Assembly: GCA_002010065.2 (NCBI GenBank)
Contig: MTMD02000002.1
Location: 352,001 to 416,000, forward strand
Direction: 5' to 3'
DNA from: Candidatus Pyrohabitans jungbluthii
GTDB lineage: Archaea > Hydrothermarchaeota > Hydrothermarchaeia > Hydrothermarchaeales > BMS3B
Length of the DNA stretch: 64,000 bases
Shown: in pieces, positions 49,095 through 59,002 of the stretch
Layout: every line of letters starts with the position of its first letter
How positions within the stretch are numbered: the stretch's first letter is position 1
The notes under the pieces: generated by a model
Seen by the model: only the letters and a program-made list of their open reading frames with translations
Databases searched by the model: none
What the model was told of the DNA's origin: nothing
Position numbers and translations under genes: made by a program

Positions 49095-50309
49095 TTAACC
49101 CGCGTTATACACCAGACCGAGAACGCGATCGAGGTCGAGGAGAGCATGCCTCACCTCCTTTATTTCATCCTCGCTCAGCCTTGCCTCCCTCATTTCCGTG
49201 ATGAACTCCCAGTAGGCGGAGAGCGCTGTCTCCACATCCAAGTCGTCGTTCATCGCCTGAATAAACCTGCTCCGCATGCGCTGCACCGCGGCGCGTATCT
49301 CGCCCCTAACGCCTCCGCTGCGCTCAGGTGGCATGCTAAGGAGTTCATCAAGCGCTTTAAGCTTTGCCCTCGCCATGTCCAGCTTCTCAAAGGTGAAGTC
49401 AAGATGCCTACGGTAGTGCTCCTGGAGGAGCACCAGGCGAACCTCGCGAGGCGAGTAACCTTTTTTGATAATCTCGCCCAGGGTGTGGTAGTTTCTCAAC
49501 GTCTTTGACATCTTACGCCCATGCCACAGCAGGTGTTTTATGTGCACAAAGAACCTGACATAGGGTTCTCCTGCGATAGCCTCGCACAGCGCAAGGCTGT
49601 TCTCATGGTGGGGGAAGATTAAGTCTTCGCCTCCAGAGGCTATGTCCACGCGCTCACCTAAATAGCGCAGGCTGAGAGCGGCGCATTCCACGTGCCAGCC
49701 AGGGCGCCCCTTACCAAGGTTGCTCTCCCAGCAGACGTCTTCACCGCGCCTGCACGCAACCCACAGAGCGAAGTGCTTAGCCTCGTCGTAATCCTCGCGC
49801 ACCGTTTTTGCTCTCAGGCGATGCTTTGGGGTTTTGCCTGAGAGCCTTCCATAATTCGCCGCCTTAAGCACATTGAAAAACACGTCGTTACTCTCAGCTA
49901 TGAAGGCGTAACCCTTTTCCAGAAGCCTCTCTGCGAGCGTTGCCATTTCAGAGATGTGCTCGCTTGCAAATGGGTAATACTCCGCCCTTTCAATATTCAG
50001 AAGCTCAATATCACGGAAGAATGCGCGGGCGTACTTGCTGGTAATATCCTTCAAGCCTACGCGCTTGCGCTTCGCTCTCTCTATGGTTTTCTCATCCACA
50101 TCGGTGATGTTCATCACATGCACCACGCGGTAGCCAAGGTAGCAAAGCCACCGGCGCAGCAAATCCTGCGCCACAAAGGTGCGGAAGTTACCCACGTGGG
50201 CGTAGTCGTGCACCGTGGGTCCGCAGGTGTACATCCGCACCTCCCCCTCGCGGAAGGTGGTGAAAACTTCCTTTCGTTTAGTTAGAGTGTTGTAGAGCTT
50301 GAACGCCAT
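49095..50309 (-). CDS. cysS: Cysteine--tRNA ligase-like protein, C-terminally short
   Basis: YTCGPTV, HVGN, NITDVDEK, GRPGWHVEC, DLIFPHHEN, KMSK. Confidence 0.85.
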   Translation of the reverse strand: MAFKLYNTLTKRKEVFTTFREGEVRMYTCGPTVHDYAHVGNFRTFVAQDLLRRWLCYLGYRVVHVMNITDVDEKTIERAKRKRVGLKDITSKYARAFFRDIELLNIERAEYYPFASEHISEMATLAERLLEKGYAFIAESNDVFFNVLKAANYGRLSGKTPKHRLRAKTVREDYDEAKHFALWVACRRGEDVCWESNLGKGRPGWHVECAALSLRYLGERVDIASGGEDLIFPHHENSLALCEAIAGEPYVRFFVHIKHLLWHGRKMSKTLRNYHTLGEIIKKGYSPREVRLVLLQEHYRRHLDFTFEKLDMARAKLKALDELLSMPPERSGGVRGEIRAAVQRMRSRFIQAMNDDLDVETALSAYWEFITEMREARLSEDEIKEVRHALLDLDRVLGLVYNAG

Positions 50310-50388
50310 CCTTATAACCCAGCGATTTACCGTCGTAATCAGAAAGTTTATTAATCGCAAGCTTCCTTTTAACCCCTGAGGGAAGCGC

Positions 50389-51099
50389 ATGATTATCACA
50401 AGGCAGAAACCCCTGGAGGAGATAAAGGAGACGCTCTCCCGCTATAAGGGCGTAGCCCTGATAGGCTGCGGGGGCTGCGTCGCTTTCTACCAGACAGGCG
50501 GGACAAAGCAGACCAAGGAGATGGCAGCCAAGCTGAGAGAGGCAGGGGTAAACGTGGTCGCCCTCGGCGTCAGCAACAGGCAGTGCTACCTCTGCGAGGA
50601 AAAGGAAGTCGCCGATCTGAGCGATGCGGAGAGGATAAGAAAAGTTGCCCGAGAGCTTGAGGGCTTCTCCAAGCTTGAAGAGGCGGAGGCGGTGCTCAGC
50701 CTAGCCTGCGGCGTTGGGGTGCAGAACCTGGCGAATATCCTTGACATGCCGGTGCTTCCGGCGCAGAATACCCTGTTTATGGGACGTAGACGCGTGGAGG
50801 GTGACTTTGACCTGGAGCAGTGCATAGGCTGCGGCAACTGCATCCTCGCATTCACCGGCGGAATCTGCCCTGTGACGCGCTGCGCCAAGTCGCTGATGAA
50901 CGGCCCCTGCGGCGGTGTGTTCAACGGCATGTGTGAGGTGAGCAAGAGCAGAGTGAGCGAGCATCCAGTACCCTGTGCGTGGATAGAGATTTACAACAAG
51001 CTTAAAAAGCAGGGTCGCGTTGATGAGATGCGGAAGATACGCCCGCCTAAGGACTTCACCAAGGCGGCGCACATGCGCAAGGTTGCGTGGGGGTTATAG
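50389..51099 (+). CDS. metV: Methylenetetrahydrofolate reductase partner subunit (Fe-S)
   Basis: GCGGC, ACGVG, C.GCG.C, ICP.TRC.KSLMNGPCGG, CEV, CAW. Confidence 0.85.
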   Translation: MIITRQKPLEEIKETLSRYKGVALIGCGGCVAFYQTGGTKQTKEMAAKLREAGVNVVALGVSNRQCYLCEEKEVADLSDAERIRKVARELEGFSKLEEAEAVLSLACGVGVQNLANILDMPVLPAQNTLFMGRRRVEGDFDLEQCIGCGNCILAFTGGICPVTRCAKSLMNGPCGGVFNGMCEVSKSRVSEHPVPCAWIEIYNKLKKQGRVDEMRKIRPPKDFTKAAHMRKVAWGL

Positions 51100-51102
51100 G
51101 CT

Positions 51103-51993
51103 ATGGGAGAGGTGTACAGTAACTTTATGCGCAGCCTGCTGAGCAGTGAGTTTACCATAAGCGGGGAGATAGATCCGCCCAAGGATGCGAACCGCGCTGC
51201 CGTAGAAGAGCAGGTGAAGCACCTGAAGGACCATGTGGTCGCGGCTAACGTCACAGACAACCCCATCGGAGACGTGATAATGAACACCCTTGCACCCTGC
51301 GTGATAATGCAGGAGCTTGGGTTAGAGGCAATTTACCAGGCTACGTGCAGAGATCGCAACAGGATAGCGCTTCAGAGCGACATAATAGGTGCGGCTGCGC
51401 TGGGGATAAAGAATGTGCTCGCTCTCACAGGAGACCATACAAAGATGGGTAACCATCCCCAGGCGAAGCCGGTGTTTGACCTCGATTCTGTGCTGCTCAC
51501 CCAGACACTGCGCAGGCTTCGCGAAGGAGAAAACATGGCTGGCGAGAAGCTGGAGCACCCGCCCAAGGTGCACATAGGTGTGGGGCTAAGCCCTGGCGTT
51601 GAACCCCTGGAGCCTGAGATTATCAAGCTTGAGAAGAAGATCGAAGCAGGCGCAGAATTTGTGCAGACCCAGTGCATATACGATGAGAAGGTGCTGGAGC
51701 GCCTTAAAGAGGCGACGGCGCATCTCGACATTCCCATCCTCCCCGGCATAGCGCCCCTGCGAAGCGTGGGCATGGCAAAGTTCATGCAGGCAAACGTGCC
51801 AGGGATAAGCATCCCCGAGGAGATGCTGGCTAAGCTCGAGAAGAGCAAGGACCTTACAGAGACCGCCATAGATATAGCCGCCGAACTCATTGCCGCGGTT
51901 AAGGACTACGGCTTCCCCGGTGTGCACATAATGCCAGTAGGAATGGACCGCTATGTGGGGGAGATGATCGCTCGCAGCGGGGTGCGCAGGTAA
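51103..51993 (+). CDS. metF: Methylenetetrahydrofolate reductase
   Basis: EIDPPK, NVTDN, CRDRNRIALQS, LTGDH, KIEAGAEFVQTQ. Confidence 0.92.
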   Translation: MGEVYSNFMRSLLSSEFTISGEIDPPKDANRAAVEEQVKHLKDHVVAANVTDNPIGDVIMNTLAPCVIMQELGLEAIYQATCRDRNRIALQSDIIGAAALGIKNVLALTGDHTKMGNHPQAKPVFDLDSVLLTQTLRRLREGENMAGEKLEHPPKVHIGVGLSPGVEPLEPEIIKLEKKIEAGAEFVQTQCIYDEKVLERLKEATAHLDIPILPGIAPLRSVGMAKFMQANVPGISIPEEMLAKLEKSKDLTETAIDIAAELIAAVKDYGFPGVHIMPVGMDRYVGEMIARSGVRR

Positions 51994-52108
51994 GCACCCC
52001 TTTAATTTATTATGACCTCAGCTTGCCTGCGCACGCAAAGGGCAAGGATGTTTATATTAAGGAGAGGAAGATATAACCCTGCCTTCGTTACCTTTTCTTC
52101 CTCGCCCT

Positions 52109-53251
52109 GTGCAGGAGAAGGGAAAGAGCGAGGCTGAGGTTAGGCGCCTTCTCAGGGAGGCGAGGAGGAGAGACTTAACTTACGCTAGCGGGCGCATTTT
52201 AAGCTCAATGTGTACCTCGCCTCTGCCCATCGCTTCCCGGGCTTTCTGCGAGTTTTTGGAGACCAACCTGGGCGATCCTGGCTTGTTCCAGGGTACCAAG
52301 CAGCTCGAGGAGCGCGCTGTTAAAGCGATAGGCTCGCTGCTGGGCAACCCTGAAGCTAAAGGCTTCATAGTGAGCGGGGGCACAGAGGCAAATATAACGG
52401 CACTTTTCGCTGCCCGCGAAGTAGCGAAAGTAGCCAGGCCAGAGGTGGTGCTCCCTTCCACAGCCCACTTCTCCTTCGAGAAGGCAGCGCGAATGCTGGG
52501 CTTGAGGCTGATAAAGGCTGAGGTAGGCGAGGACAACACCGTCGTGGTTGGCGATGTGGAGCGAAAGATAACCCCCAACACTGTCGCCATCGTAGGAATC
52601 GCAGGCAACACGGAGTACGGCGCTGTCGACGACATCGCGGCGCTTTCGGAGATTGCGCTTGAGCACGGGCTTTACCTGCACGTTGACGCCGCCTTCGGGG
52701 GCTTTGTCCTGCCCTTCCTTAAAGAACTGGGCTACCCTGCGCGGGATTTCGACTTTTCTCTCCGCGGGGTGTGCTCAATCACAGTGGACCCCCACAAGAT
52801 GGGCTTAGCCCCTGTACCAAGTGGAAGTGTGCTCTTCCGTGAGGCGAGCTACCTGGAGCTTCTGCAGGTGGAATCGCCCTACCTCACGCAGCCCAGGCAG
52901 TGCACCATTCTGGGTACAAGAAGCGGGGCAAGCGCCGCCGCAGTGTTTGCTGCTCTCACCTATCTCGGCAGGGAAGGGTATCGCAAAGTGGTTAAGGAGT
53001 GCATGGAGGTTACGCAGCTTCTGCGCCAGGGGCTAGAAGAGCTGGGGATGCGCGTACCTGAGCCCTGGATGAATATCTTGGTTTTCGACCATCCGCGAAG
53101 GGAGGAGATCGCCCAAGAATTGCGCAAGCGCGGCTGGGCGATATCGCGAACGCGTCGCGGAGAGATTCGCCTTGTGGTAATGCCCCACGTTAAGAGAGAG
53201 CATGCGGAGCAGTTTCTGCGCGATGTGGGGGAGGTTGTGAAGAAGCTATAG
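52109..53251 (+). CDS. mfnA: Tyrosine/aspartate decarboxylase (PLP, group II)
   Basis: ILSSMCT, NLGDPGLF.GT, SGGTEAN, HVDAAFGG, DPHK, GTRSG. Confidence 0.9.
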   Translation: MQEKGKSEAEVRRLLREARRRDLTYASGRILSSMCTSPLPIASRAFCEFLETNLGDPGLFQGTKQLEERAVKAIGSLLGNPEAKGFIVSGGTEANITALFAAREVAKVARPEVVLPSTAHFSFEKAARMLGLRLIKAEVGEDNTVVVGDVERKITPNTVAIVGIAGNTEYGAVDDIAALSEIALEHGLYLHVDAAFGGFVLPFLKELGYPARDFDFSLRGVCSITVDPHKMGLAPVPSGSVLFREASYLELLQVESPYLTQPRQCTILGTRSGASAAAVFAALTYLGREGYRKVVKECMEVTQLLRQGLEELGMRVPEPWMNILVFDHPRREEIAQELRKRGWAISRTRRGEIRLVVMPHVKREHAEQFLRDVGEVVKKL

Positions 53252-53252
53252 A

Positions 53253-54494
53253 CTACTCGTATATCCCCCGCAGCTCCCTCACTCTAGCCACACGCTCCAC
53301 AGCCAAGAGATAGGCCGCAAGGCGAAGGCTTACGCTCTCTTGCTCTGCCCGCTCCACCACCTCTATAAAGCTTCTGCTCATAACCCTTTCCAGCTCTGCA
53401 TTGAAGCGTTCCTCATCCCAGTAAAAGCCGTTCCTGTTCTGTACCCATTCAAAGTAGCTTCCCGTAACACCGCCAGCGTTGGCTAAAATGTCAGGAACCA
53501 CCAGAATGCTGCGCTCCTCCAGAATCCTGTCCGCTTCTGGCGTAACAGGGCCGTTCGCCCCTTCAACCACCATCTTCGCATTGACATTATCAGCGTTCGC
53601 GCTGGTTATCACCCTCTCAAGGGCAGCGGGCACAAGGATGTCCACCTCCAGCGAGAGAAGCTCCTCATTTGTTATCTCCTTGGCCCCGGGAAATCCCAGC
53701 ACGCTCCCATGCCTGCGCTTGTGCTCCAGCACAGCCTCCGGATCAAGACCGCTCTCCGAAAAAATCCCGCCCTTTGAGTCGCTCACAGCAAGTATGCGAT
53801 ACCCCATCTCGTGCAGGAACTTCGCAGCGTGGTAGCCCACATTACCAAAGCCCTGCACAGCAACGCATTTGCAGCTAAGGTTGAACCTCTCCGCCGCCTC
53901 TTTGGCCACTATCGCCACACCACGCCCTGTAGCCGCCTCCCTCCCAGGCGCGCCGCCTATCTCAACCGGCTTACCCGTAACTACGGCTGGCGTAGGATAG
54001 CCGAGATGTGCAGAGTAGGTGTCCATTATCCACGCCATCACCTGCGCATTGGTGTAAACGTCCGGCGCAGGTATGTCGCGTTCAGGCCCAATAAAGTCCA
54101 TTATTCGCGAGGTGTACGCTCTGGTTAAACGCTCGAGCTCCGCCTGGGAAAGCTCCTTCGGATTGCATACCACGCCACCCTTGGCTCCGCCAAAGGGGAT
54201 ATTCACCACCGCACACTTCCAGGTCATCCACATCGCCAGAGCCTTGACCTCGCCGAGAGTAAGCTCCGGATGGTAGCGGATGCCCCCCTTAAACGGCCCC
54301 CTTGCGTTGTTGTGCTGCACCCGGTAGCCGGTAAAGACACGAATCTCACCGCTGTCTAGGCGCACTGGAACAGATACTTGCACCACGCGCTGCGGCTGCT
54401 TAAGGACCTCGCATATCCCCCTCTCCAGCTGAAGCATGCGACAAGCTTCGGTAAGCTGCCTCACCGCCATTTCGTAGGAGTTGTTACCGCCCAT
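53253..54494 (-). CDS. gdhA: Glutamate dehydrogenase
   Basis: GPFKGGIRYH, GGAKGG, DIPAPDV, QGFGNVG, EGANGP, ANAGGV. Confidence 0.95.
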   Translation of the reverse strand: MGGNNSYEMAVRQLTEACRMLQLERGICEVLKQPQRVVQVSVPVRLDSGEIRVFTGYRVQHNNARGPFKGGIRYHPELTLGEVKALAMWMTWKCAVVNIPFGGAKGGVVCNPKELSQAELERLTRAYTSRIMDFIGPERDIPAPDVYTNAQVMAWIMDTYSAHLGYPTPAVVTGKPVEIGGAPGREAATGRGVAIVAKEAAERFNLSCKCVAVQGFGNVGYHAAKFLHEMGYRILAVSDSKGGIFSESGLDPEAVLEHKRRHGSVLGFPGAKEITNEELLSLEVDILVPAALERVITSANADNVNAKMVVEGANGPVTPEADRILEERSILVVPDILANAGGVTGSYFEWVQNRNGFYWDEERFNAELERVMSRSFIEVVERAEQESVSLRLAAYLLAVERVARVRELRGIYE

Positions 54495-54640
54495 CCTCCT
54501 CTTCCTCAAGATTCCACAGTATTTCCTATTTATACCAAGTATCTATGGTCGCAGGAGGTAATAGGAACCCGCTGGTGGTTCCTATACACAGCAAAGTTTT
54601 TATCTTTTGTGGTTTAATAATCCAAGCGAGGAGGGAAGAG

Positions 54641-55018
54641 GTGGAAATACTACTCGTAGACGATGAAAGGGTGACAGGCAGACTGGTAAAGAAACTTCTG
54701 GAGAGGCATGGCTACAGCGTTAAGGTTGTTAATTCAGGCGACGAGGCGCTGGATTTGCTTAAGTCGGGATACAAACCTTCGCTCATCCTCATGGACGTTT
54801 TTATGCCGGAGATGAGCGGAATAGAGGTGAGCAAAAAGATAAAAGCCAACCCTGCCACCACCGGGATACCCCTGCTGCTTTTCACAGTCCTCGGCCTGGT
54901 GCCTGGAATCAGGCATGCAATTAAAGAAAGCGGTGCCGATGACTACGTGGCAAAACCCTTTGAGAAGGACACTCTCCTGGAGAAAATAAGGCACCATCTC
55001 GCTGAAACTACTTCCTGA
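54641..55018 (+). CDS. Stand-alone response regulator receiver
   Basis: LLVDDE, LMDVFMP, KPF; SD plus GTG at 54641. Confidence 0.88.
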   Translation: MEILLVDDERVTGRLVKKLLERHGYSVKVVNSGDEALDLLKSGYKPSLILMDVFMPEMSGIEVSKKIKANPATTGIPLLLFTVLGLVPGIRHAIKESGADDYVAKPFEKDTLLEKIRHHLAETTS

Positions 55019-55439
55019 GAAGCTCTGTGTACTTCTTTAAATTCTTGCTGCTTTCAAAAGCCGAGGAGAGGCTCACAAGATACTCCCCATCCTCACCTGC
55101 GACGATTATCGGCTCCTTCATCATCAAGCTGGCAACGTCAATCTCGTACACACCATCTTTAACCTTAATGTTCCAGATGTCCTCCTCCTTCGGCTTTCTG
55201 GACATCTTCGCCTTAAGCTTCTGCCACCCACTCTTGCGCTTTTCCTCTGCCTCGCGTATTATCTCAGCAAACCTCTTACTCGCCACCCTCCTGAGCTTTT
55301 TCTCCTTGAGCTGAGTAGCTTCGCTAGAGGAGAGCTTCCTGAAATACAGGAACATGCGATTCCCGCATTCACACCCTCTTAAGATTCTTTCGTCGTCCTC
55401 CTGGTAGACTTTCCCGCACCGCGTGCACTTATGGGGCGT
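55008..55439 (-). CDS. oapC: Zn-ribbon protein OapC (DUF2072), apparent ACG start
   Basis: PHKCTRCG...ILRGCECGNRMFLY upstream of the tracked ORF; GVYEID..LM, G.Y.V.L. Confidence 0.8.
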   Translation of the reverse strand, partial: TPHKCTRCGKVYQEDDERILRGCECGNRMFLYFRKLSSSEATQLKEKKLRRVASKRFAEIIREAEEKRKSGWQKLKAKMSRKPKEEDIWNIKVKDGVYEIDVASLMMKEPIIVAGEDGEYLVSLSSAFESSKNLKKYTELLRK

Positions 55440-55832
55440 TTACTTCCCCTCCTTCTTCTTTTTCTCCTCCTGCGGGATATCCACCTTCGCGAGCATTGAG
55501 ATATAGTCAGGCTCCCGCTTTATCGCCTCTATCAAACGCGTTGGACCAACGATGGTTATTCCATGCCTTCTGCCAGCGATGTACTCAGCTATCTTCTCGC
55601 GTAGCCCCTTGGCTCTGGAGTCTATGCGGTAAAACTCTATGCCGTGAAATTCCTCGGCGTCTATCTCGCGCATCGTAGCCTCGATAAGCTCCGCCTCTTC
55701 CTGTGGCTCCAGCGCCTCCTCAAGCACCACGATGATGTTCCTCTTAATTTTGTCCAGGATGAAGCTTATCTTCTCGGCGCTGCCCTTCCTCGCAAGGGTT
55801 TCCGCACTGACGAAATCCAGCTGAATCTCCAT
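55440..55832 (-). CDS. oapB: OapB (DUF2073)
   Basis: EKI..ILD, VVLEE.L.P.EEA.LIE.TM.EI...F.GIE, T.VGP. Confidence 0.85.
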   Translation of the reverse strand: MEIQLDFVSAETLARKGSAEKISFILDKIKRNIIVVLEEALEPQEEAELIEATMREIDAEEFHGIEFYRIDSRAKGLREKIAEYIAGRRHGITIVGPTRLIEAIKREPDYISMLAKVDIPQEEKKKKEGK

Positions 55833-55841
55833 AGCTCCACC

Positions 55842-56489
55842 TCAGGTAAGGTGCTCCTGAATCGCCTCGTACAGCTTCTCTATGTTCTCCCCCGTGGCGG
55901 CGCTTATGGGCACAACCACATGCTGCGGAAAGGCGTTGGCTATTGAGTCGGGGTTAGCCTCGGGCAGGTCTATCTTGTTTGCTACAATTATCATTGGTAT
56001 CCCCCTCGCTTCCAGATTGCCAATAATCGTAACATTTACCTGAGTATAGGGATCCTGGGTGGAGTCCAGCACCACTAGCACGGCGTCGACGTTATCCAGC
56101 CACTTTATTGCCTCGATTACTCCCTTCGTCGCTTCTCTCGCTCTCGCCTTCGCCTCTTCCTCGCTCATCCCGAAAGCCTTGAAGCTCTTGTAGTCCACCT
56201 GCGTAGCTATTCCCGGCATGTCTACGATGTTCATCTTAAGCTCGCCGTTGTTCGTCGTAACGACGATGTTCTCAATCTTCTGCACATGCCTGGTCTCGTG
56301 GGGCACTTCTGAGACTGTGCCCACCTCCTTACCCAGCCAGTCGAGAGAGATGCGGTTCGCAAGCGTGGTCTTGCCCGCGTTGACTGGTCCATAAAAGCCG
56401 AGCTGTATCTGCTTCTTCCTCTTGAATATCTTCAGAAGTTTCCGGAGGCTCTTTTTGAGCTCGCTTAACATGGTGATACCTCTTTTCAA
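55842..56489 (-). CDS. oapA: Era-like GTPase OapA
   Basis: [43 protein letters not shown]. Confidence 0.88.
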   Translation of the reverse strand: MKRGITMLSELKKSLRKLLKIFKRKKQIQLGFYGPVNAGKTTLANRISLDWLGKEVGTVSEVPHETRHVQKIENIVVTTNNGELKMNIVDMPGIATQVDYKSFKAFGMSEEEAKARAREATKGVIEAIKWLDNVDAVLVVLDSTQDPYTQVNVTIIGNLEARGIPMIIVANKIDLPEANPDSIANAFPQHVVVPISAATGENIEKLYEAIQEHLT

Positions 56490-56535
56490 TAGATTTTTAT
56501 TGTAGATTTATATAGGTTGTGGTAGAGGTGTTTGC

Positions 56536-57339
56536 ATGAGGCTCAACCCGGACGAAGAGGAGCTGGAGCGCGCAAGGCGGGAGATCATTAGCTTTATCCG
56601 TGAGGAGGTGGCTAACGCTGGAGCGCAGGGTGGTGTGGTGGGAATAAGCGGAGGGATAGACTCGGCGCTTACCGCAACTCTGGCAAAAGAAGCGCTGGGC
56701 GATAACCTTCTCGCCTTAATTATGCCTGAGCGCGGGGTTACCAGCGATGCAGATGTGAGGGACGCGAAAGAGCTAGCCTCAAGGCTTGAAATACCCTACC
56801 ACGTGGTGGAGATTTCCCCCGCCGTTGCTGAGGTTATGCGCAGCTTTCCTTTCGACGCATTCCCAGAGGAGCAGCAAAAGCTGGCGGTGGCGAATATTAA
56901 GCCAAGGCTGAGGATGATTAACCTCTACCTGGCAGCGAACCTCAAAAACCTCCTGGTTATAGGCACCGGGAATAAAACCGAGCTTCTTCTTGGCTACTTC
57001 ACAAAGTACGGCGATGGAGGCGTGGACCTCCTGCCAATAGCCGATCTCTACAAGACGCAGGTGCGCGCCCTTGCTAGGCACGTGGGCGTACCCGAGAAGA
57101 TAATCCACAAAACTCCAAGCGCGGGGCTGTGGCGCGGTCAAGCCGACGAGGCTGAGCTGGGAATGAGCTACTCCGAGCTTGATCGAATACTCTATGCGCT
57201 GTACGATGAGGAGCTTTCGCCTTCGCAGGCTGCAGAGAAGCTGAATATAAGCGTGGAGAAGGTGCGCGCCGTCGAAGCGAGGGTTAAGGCGAATGAGCAC
57301 AAGCGCAGAATGCCGAGGATAAAGGAGTTTGAGTGGTAG
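56536..57339 (+). CDS. nadE: NH3-dependent NAD+ synthetase
   Basis: GISGGIDS, NIKPRLRM, GTGNKTE..LGYFTKYGDGG, PSAGLW.GQ.DE, HKR. Confidence 0.95.
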   Translation: MRLNPDEEELERARREIISFIREEVANAGAQGGVVGISGGIDSALTATLAKEALGDNLLALIMPERGVTSDADVRDAKELASRLEIPYHVVEISPAVAEVMRSFPFDAFPEEQQKLAVANIKPRLRMINLYLAANLKNLLVIGTGNKTELLLGYFTKYGDGGVDLLPIADLYKTQVRALARHVGVPEKIIHKTPSAGLWRGQADEAELGMSYSELDRILYALYDEELSPSQAAEKLNISVEKVRAVEARVKANEHKRRMPRIKEFEW

Positions 57340-57707
57340 TTTTTGATTGGTATCCACTGCTCCGGTGCGTTGCCACAGGCTTGCCTGTTTGTGATGTACC
57401 CACGGTAGCATTCGTCCGAGTACATGCCATATGGTAGCTTTACCTCCACCCATACATGTTCTACGAGGATTTTCTTGTTGGATAACTCAGCCGGTACATA
57501 ATTCTCCCATAATAGTTGTAGGGCTTCTTCCGTTGAGTTGACGCCCAGGACCATCTGCATGTACTCAGGTTCGACTTCTACTGTTCCAATCACAAACCTT
57601 GTTTGATATCCCGATGCCCTTAGTAAATCACTCAATAAGGCAGCCTGGTCGAAGTCGTTGCCTGCTTTCTCCCACATCGTCCACAGCGAGCCCTTCATGT
57701 AGCCGCC
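57340..57707 (-). pseudogene. Isolated transglutaminase-like domain fragment
   Basis: KGS..T....GNDFDQAALL..LLRASG...RFV.G ... EHVWVEV ... WIP, then runs antisense into nadE. Confidence 0.7.
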
Positions 57708-57767
57708 ACCTCTATTGCAATGTTAATATATTCATATTATTTTATTTAATTATCTGAAGAAAATCTC

Positions 57768-58238
57768 CTATTTTTCCAATAACCGTATAAAATAGATAGC
57801 TAGACCCATTATTACATAAAAAATACCCAATATTCCCACAATATCCAAATCTTCAGGTTTCAGTCCATATTGTAATGAATCATAAATAAAGAGCAGTGCC
57901 CAAGGAGACATAATAAATAAAAGTAATAATATCACTTTTTTTAATGTCCCGATTGCTTTTTTTACTTCTGGGTTCTCTCTTATGGGCTTTCTATAGTATT
58001 CTTCAAACTCTTCTGGATACTTTCGTGGAAAAATGAATGTTATGAATAACCCAAATAGCACCACAGTAATACCAATAGAAAATGTTAAAATATTATCCCA
58101 CCGATGAGTAAATTCTTCTCCTGTGATTATATGATATGAACTACTGAAAATAATCAAAACCATTAAAAAAACGAATAGAAAATAAGTCATTAAATATTGC
58201 CAGCTGACAAATTTTTCCATTGTTTTCTTTTTAATCAC
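57768..58238 (-). CDS. Four-TM membrane protein, putative immunity protein 4
   Basis: AT-rich; FIFPRKYPEEFEEY motif shared with three paralogs; follows a toxin-like tip. Confidence 0.65.
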   Translation of the reverse strand: MIKKKTMEKFVSWQYLMTYFLFVFLMVLIIFSSSYHIITGEEFTHRWDNILTFSIGITVVLFGLFITFIFPRKYPEEFEEYYRKPIRENPEVKKAIGTLKKVILLLLFIMSPWALLFIYDSLQYGLKPEDLDIVGILGIFYVIMGLAIYFIRLLEK

Positions 58239-58241
58239 TTG

Positions 58242-58496
58242 TTAGTCACCCCATCTACCTTTAGCCCATCTTGCCAGTCTATCAATACCTTTAGAGGCAA
58301 GATAGGCGCCACCGATTACCATTGCCCCGGCAGCAATCGCTGGTGCTGTAGCCAAACCAGCTCCTGCAATAGCTCCCATAGCCAGATACGAGCCCACCAC
58401 AACACCGTATTTTCCTGCTCCTGCAACAGCGTCAATAACTGCATTATTATATTGACCATTATCGAGGTCTCTTTTTTGAGGACAGCAGACAGACAT
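58242..58496 (-). CDS. Orphan C-terminal tip (putative toxin module 4)
   Basis: DLDNGQYNNAVIDAVAGAGK then Gly/Ala-rich hydrophobic hairpin; homologous to the ends of the 59003 and 61088 ORFs. Confidence 0.6.
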   Translation of the reverse strand: MSVCCPQKRDLDNGQYNNAVIDAVAGAGKYGVVVGSYLAMGAIAGAGLATAPAIAAGAMVIGGAYLASKGIDRLARWAKGRWGD

Positions 58497-58505
58497 TTAT
58501 CCTCC

Positions 58506-58994
58506 CTATTTTTCTATTTGATGAATATGATATAACCCCATTCCACAAATCACTGCAACTGCGATAATGTCAAATATTATATATCGGTCAATGTCTTTAA
58601 CCCCTTTTGGTGAAATGAGTAGTACAAATAGCACAAATCCTATGAGAATTAATGGCAGCCCCACCAGCGCTCTTTTTACACCTTTGAAGTCATAATTTTC
58701 TTTTACATGTTTTTTATATAATTCAAAATCTTCTGGGTATCTTTTAGGGAAAATCACGGTAAAAAAAAGTGCAAAAGAGAGAGCTATGACGTACAAAAAG
58801 TATGAGATCGTAGCTCTTATATCTAGCAAATAGTCACCAGTAAAACTATGATATGCCGCAAAAAAGCCGATGGAAAAAATTCCCAATGATATCAGAATTG
58901 GAGAGAGTCGTTTTTCTAATCTGATGAATTTATTTATATCTGATTTAGGATTTCGTTTATTTTTAGTTCTTCTATTTTGCACCATTTTAATCAC
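58506..58994 (-). CDS. Four-TM membrane protein, putative immunity protein 3
   Basis: VIFPKRYPEDFELY motif; directly after the 59003 ORF. Confidence 0.65.
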   Translation of the reverse strand: MIKMVQNRRTKNKRNPKSDINKFIRLEKRLSPILISLGIFSIGFFAAYHSFTGDYLLDIRATISYFLYVIALSFALFFTVIFPKRYPEDFELYKKHVKENYDFKGVKRALVGLPLILIGFVLFVLLISPKGVKDIDRYIIFDIIAVAVICGMGLYHIHQIEK

Positions 58995-59002
58995 TCCATT
59001 AT

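Noticed and set aside
55008-56535. Replication origin next to oapABC
   Set aside because: Flanking intergenic gaps are tiny, and no ORB repeats or cdc6 are visible.
57192-57339. C-terminal tail of the 168-aa minus ORF
   Set aside because: It is antisense read-through into nadE after the fragment's breakpoint.
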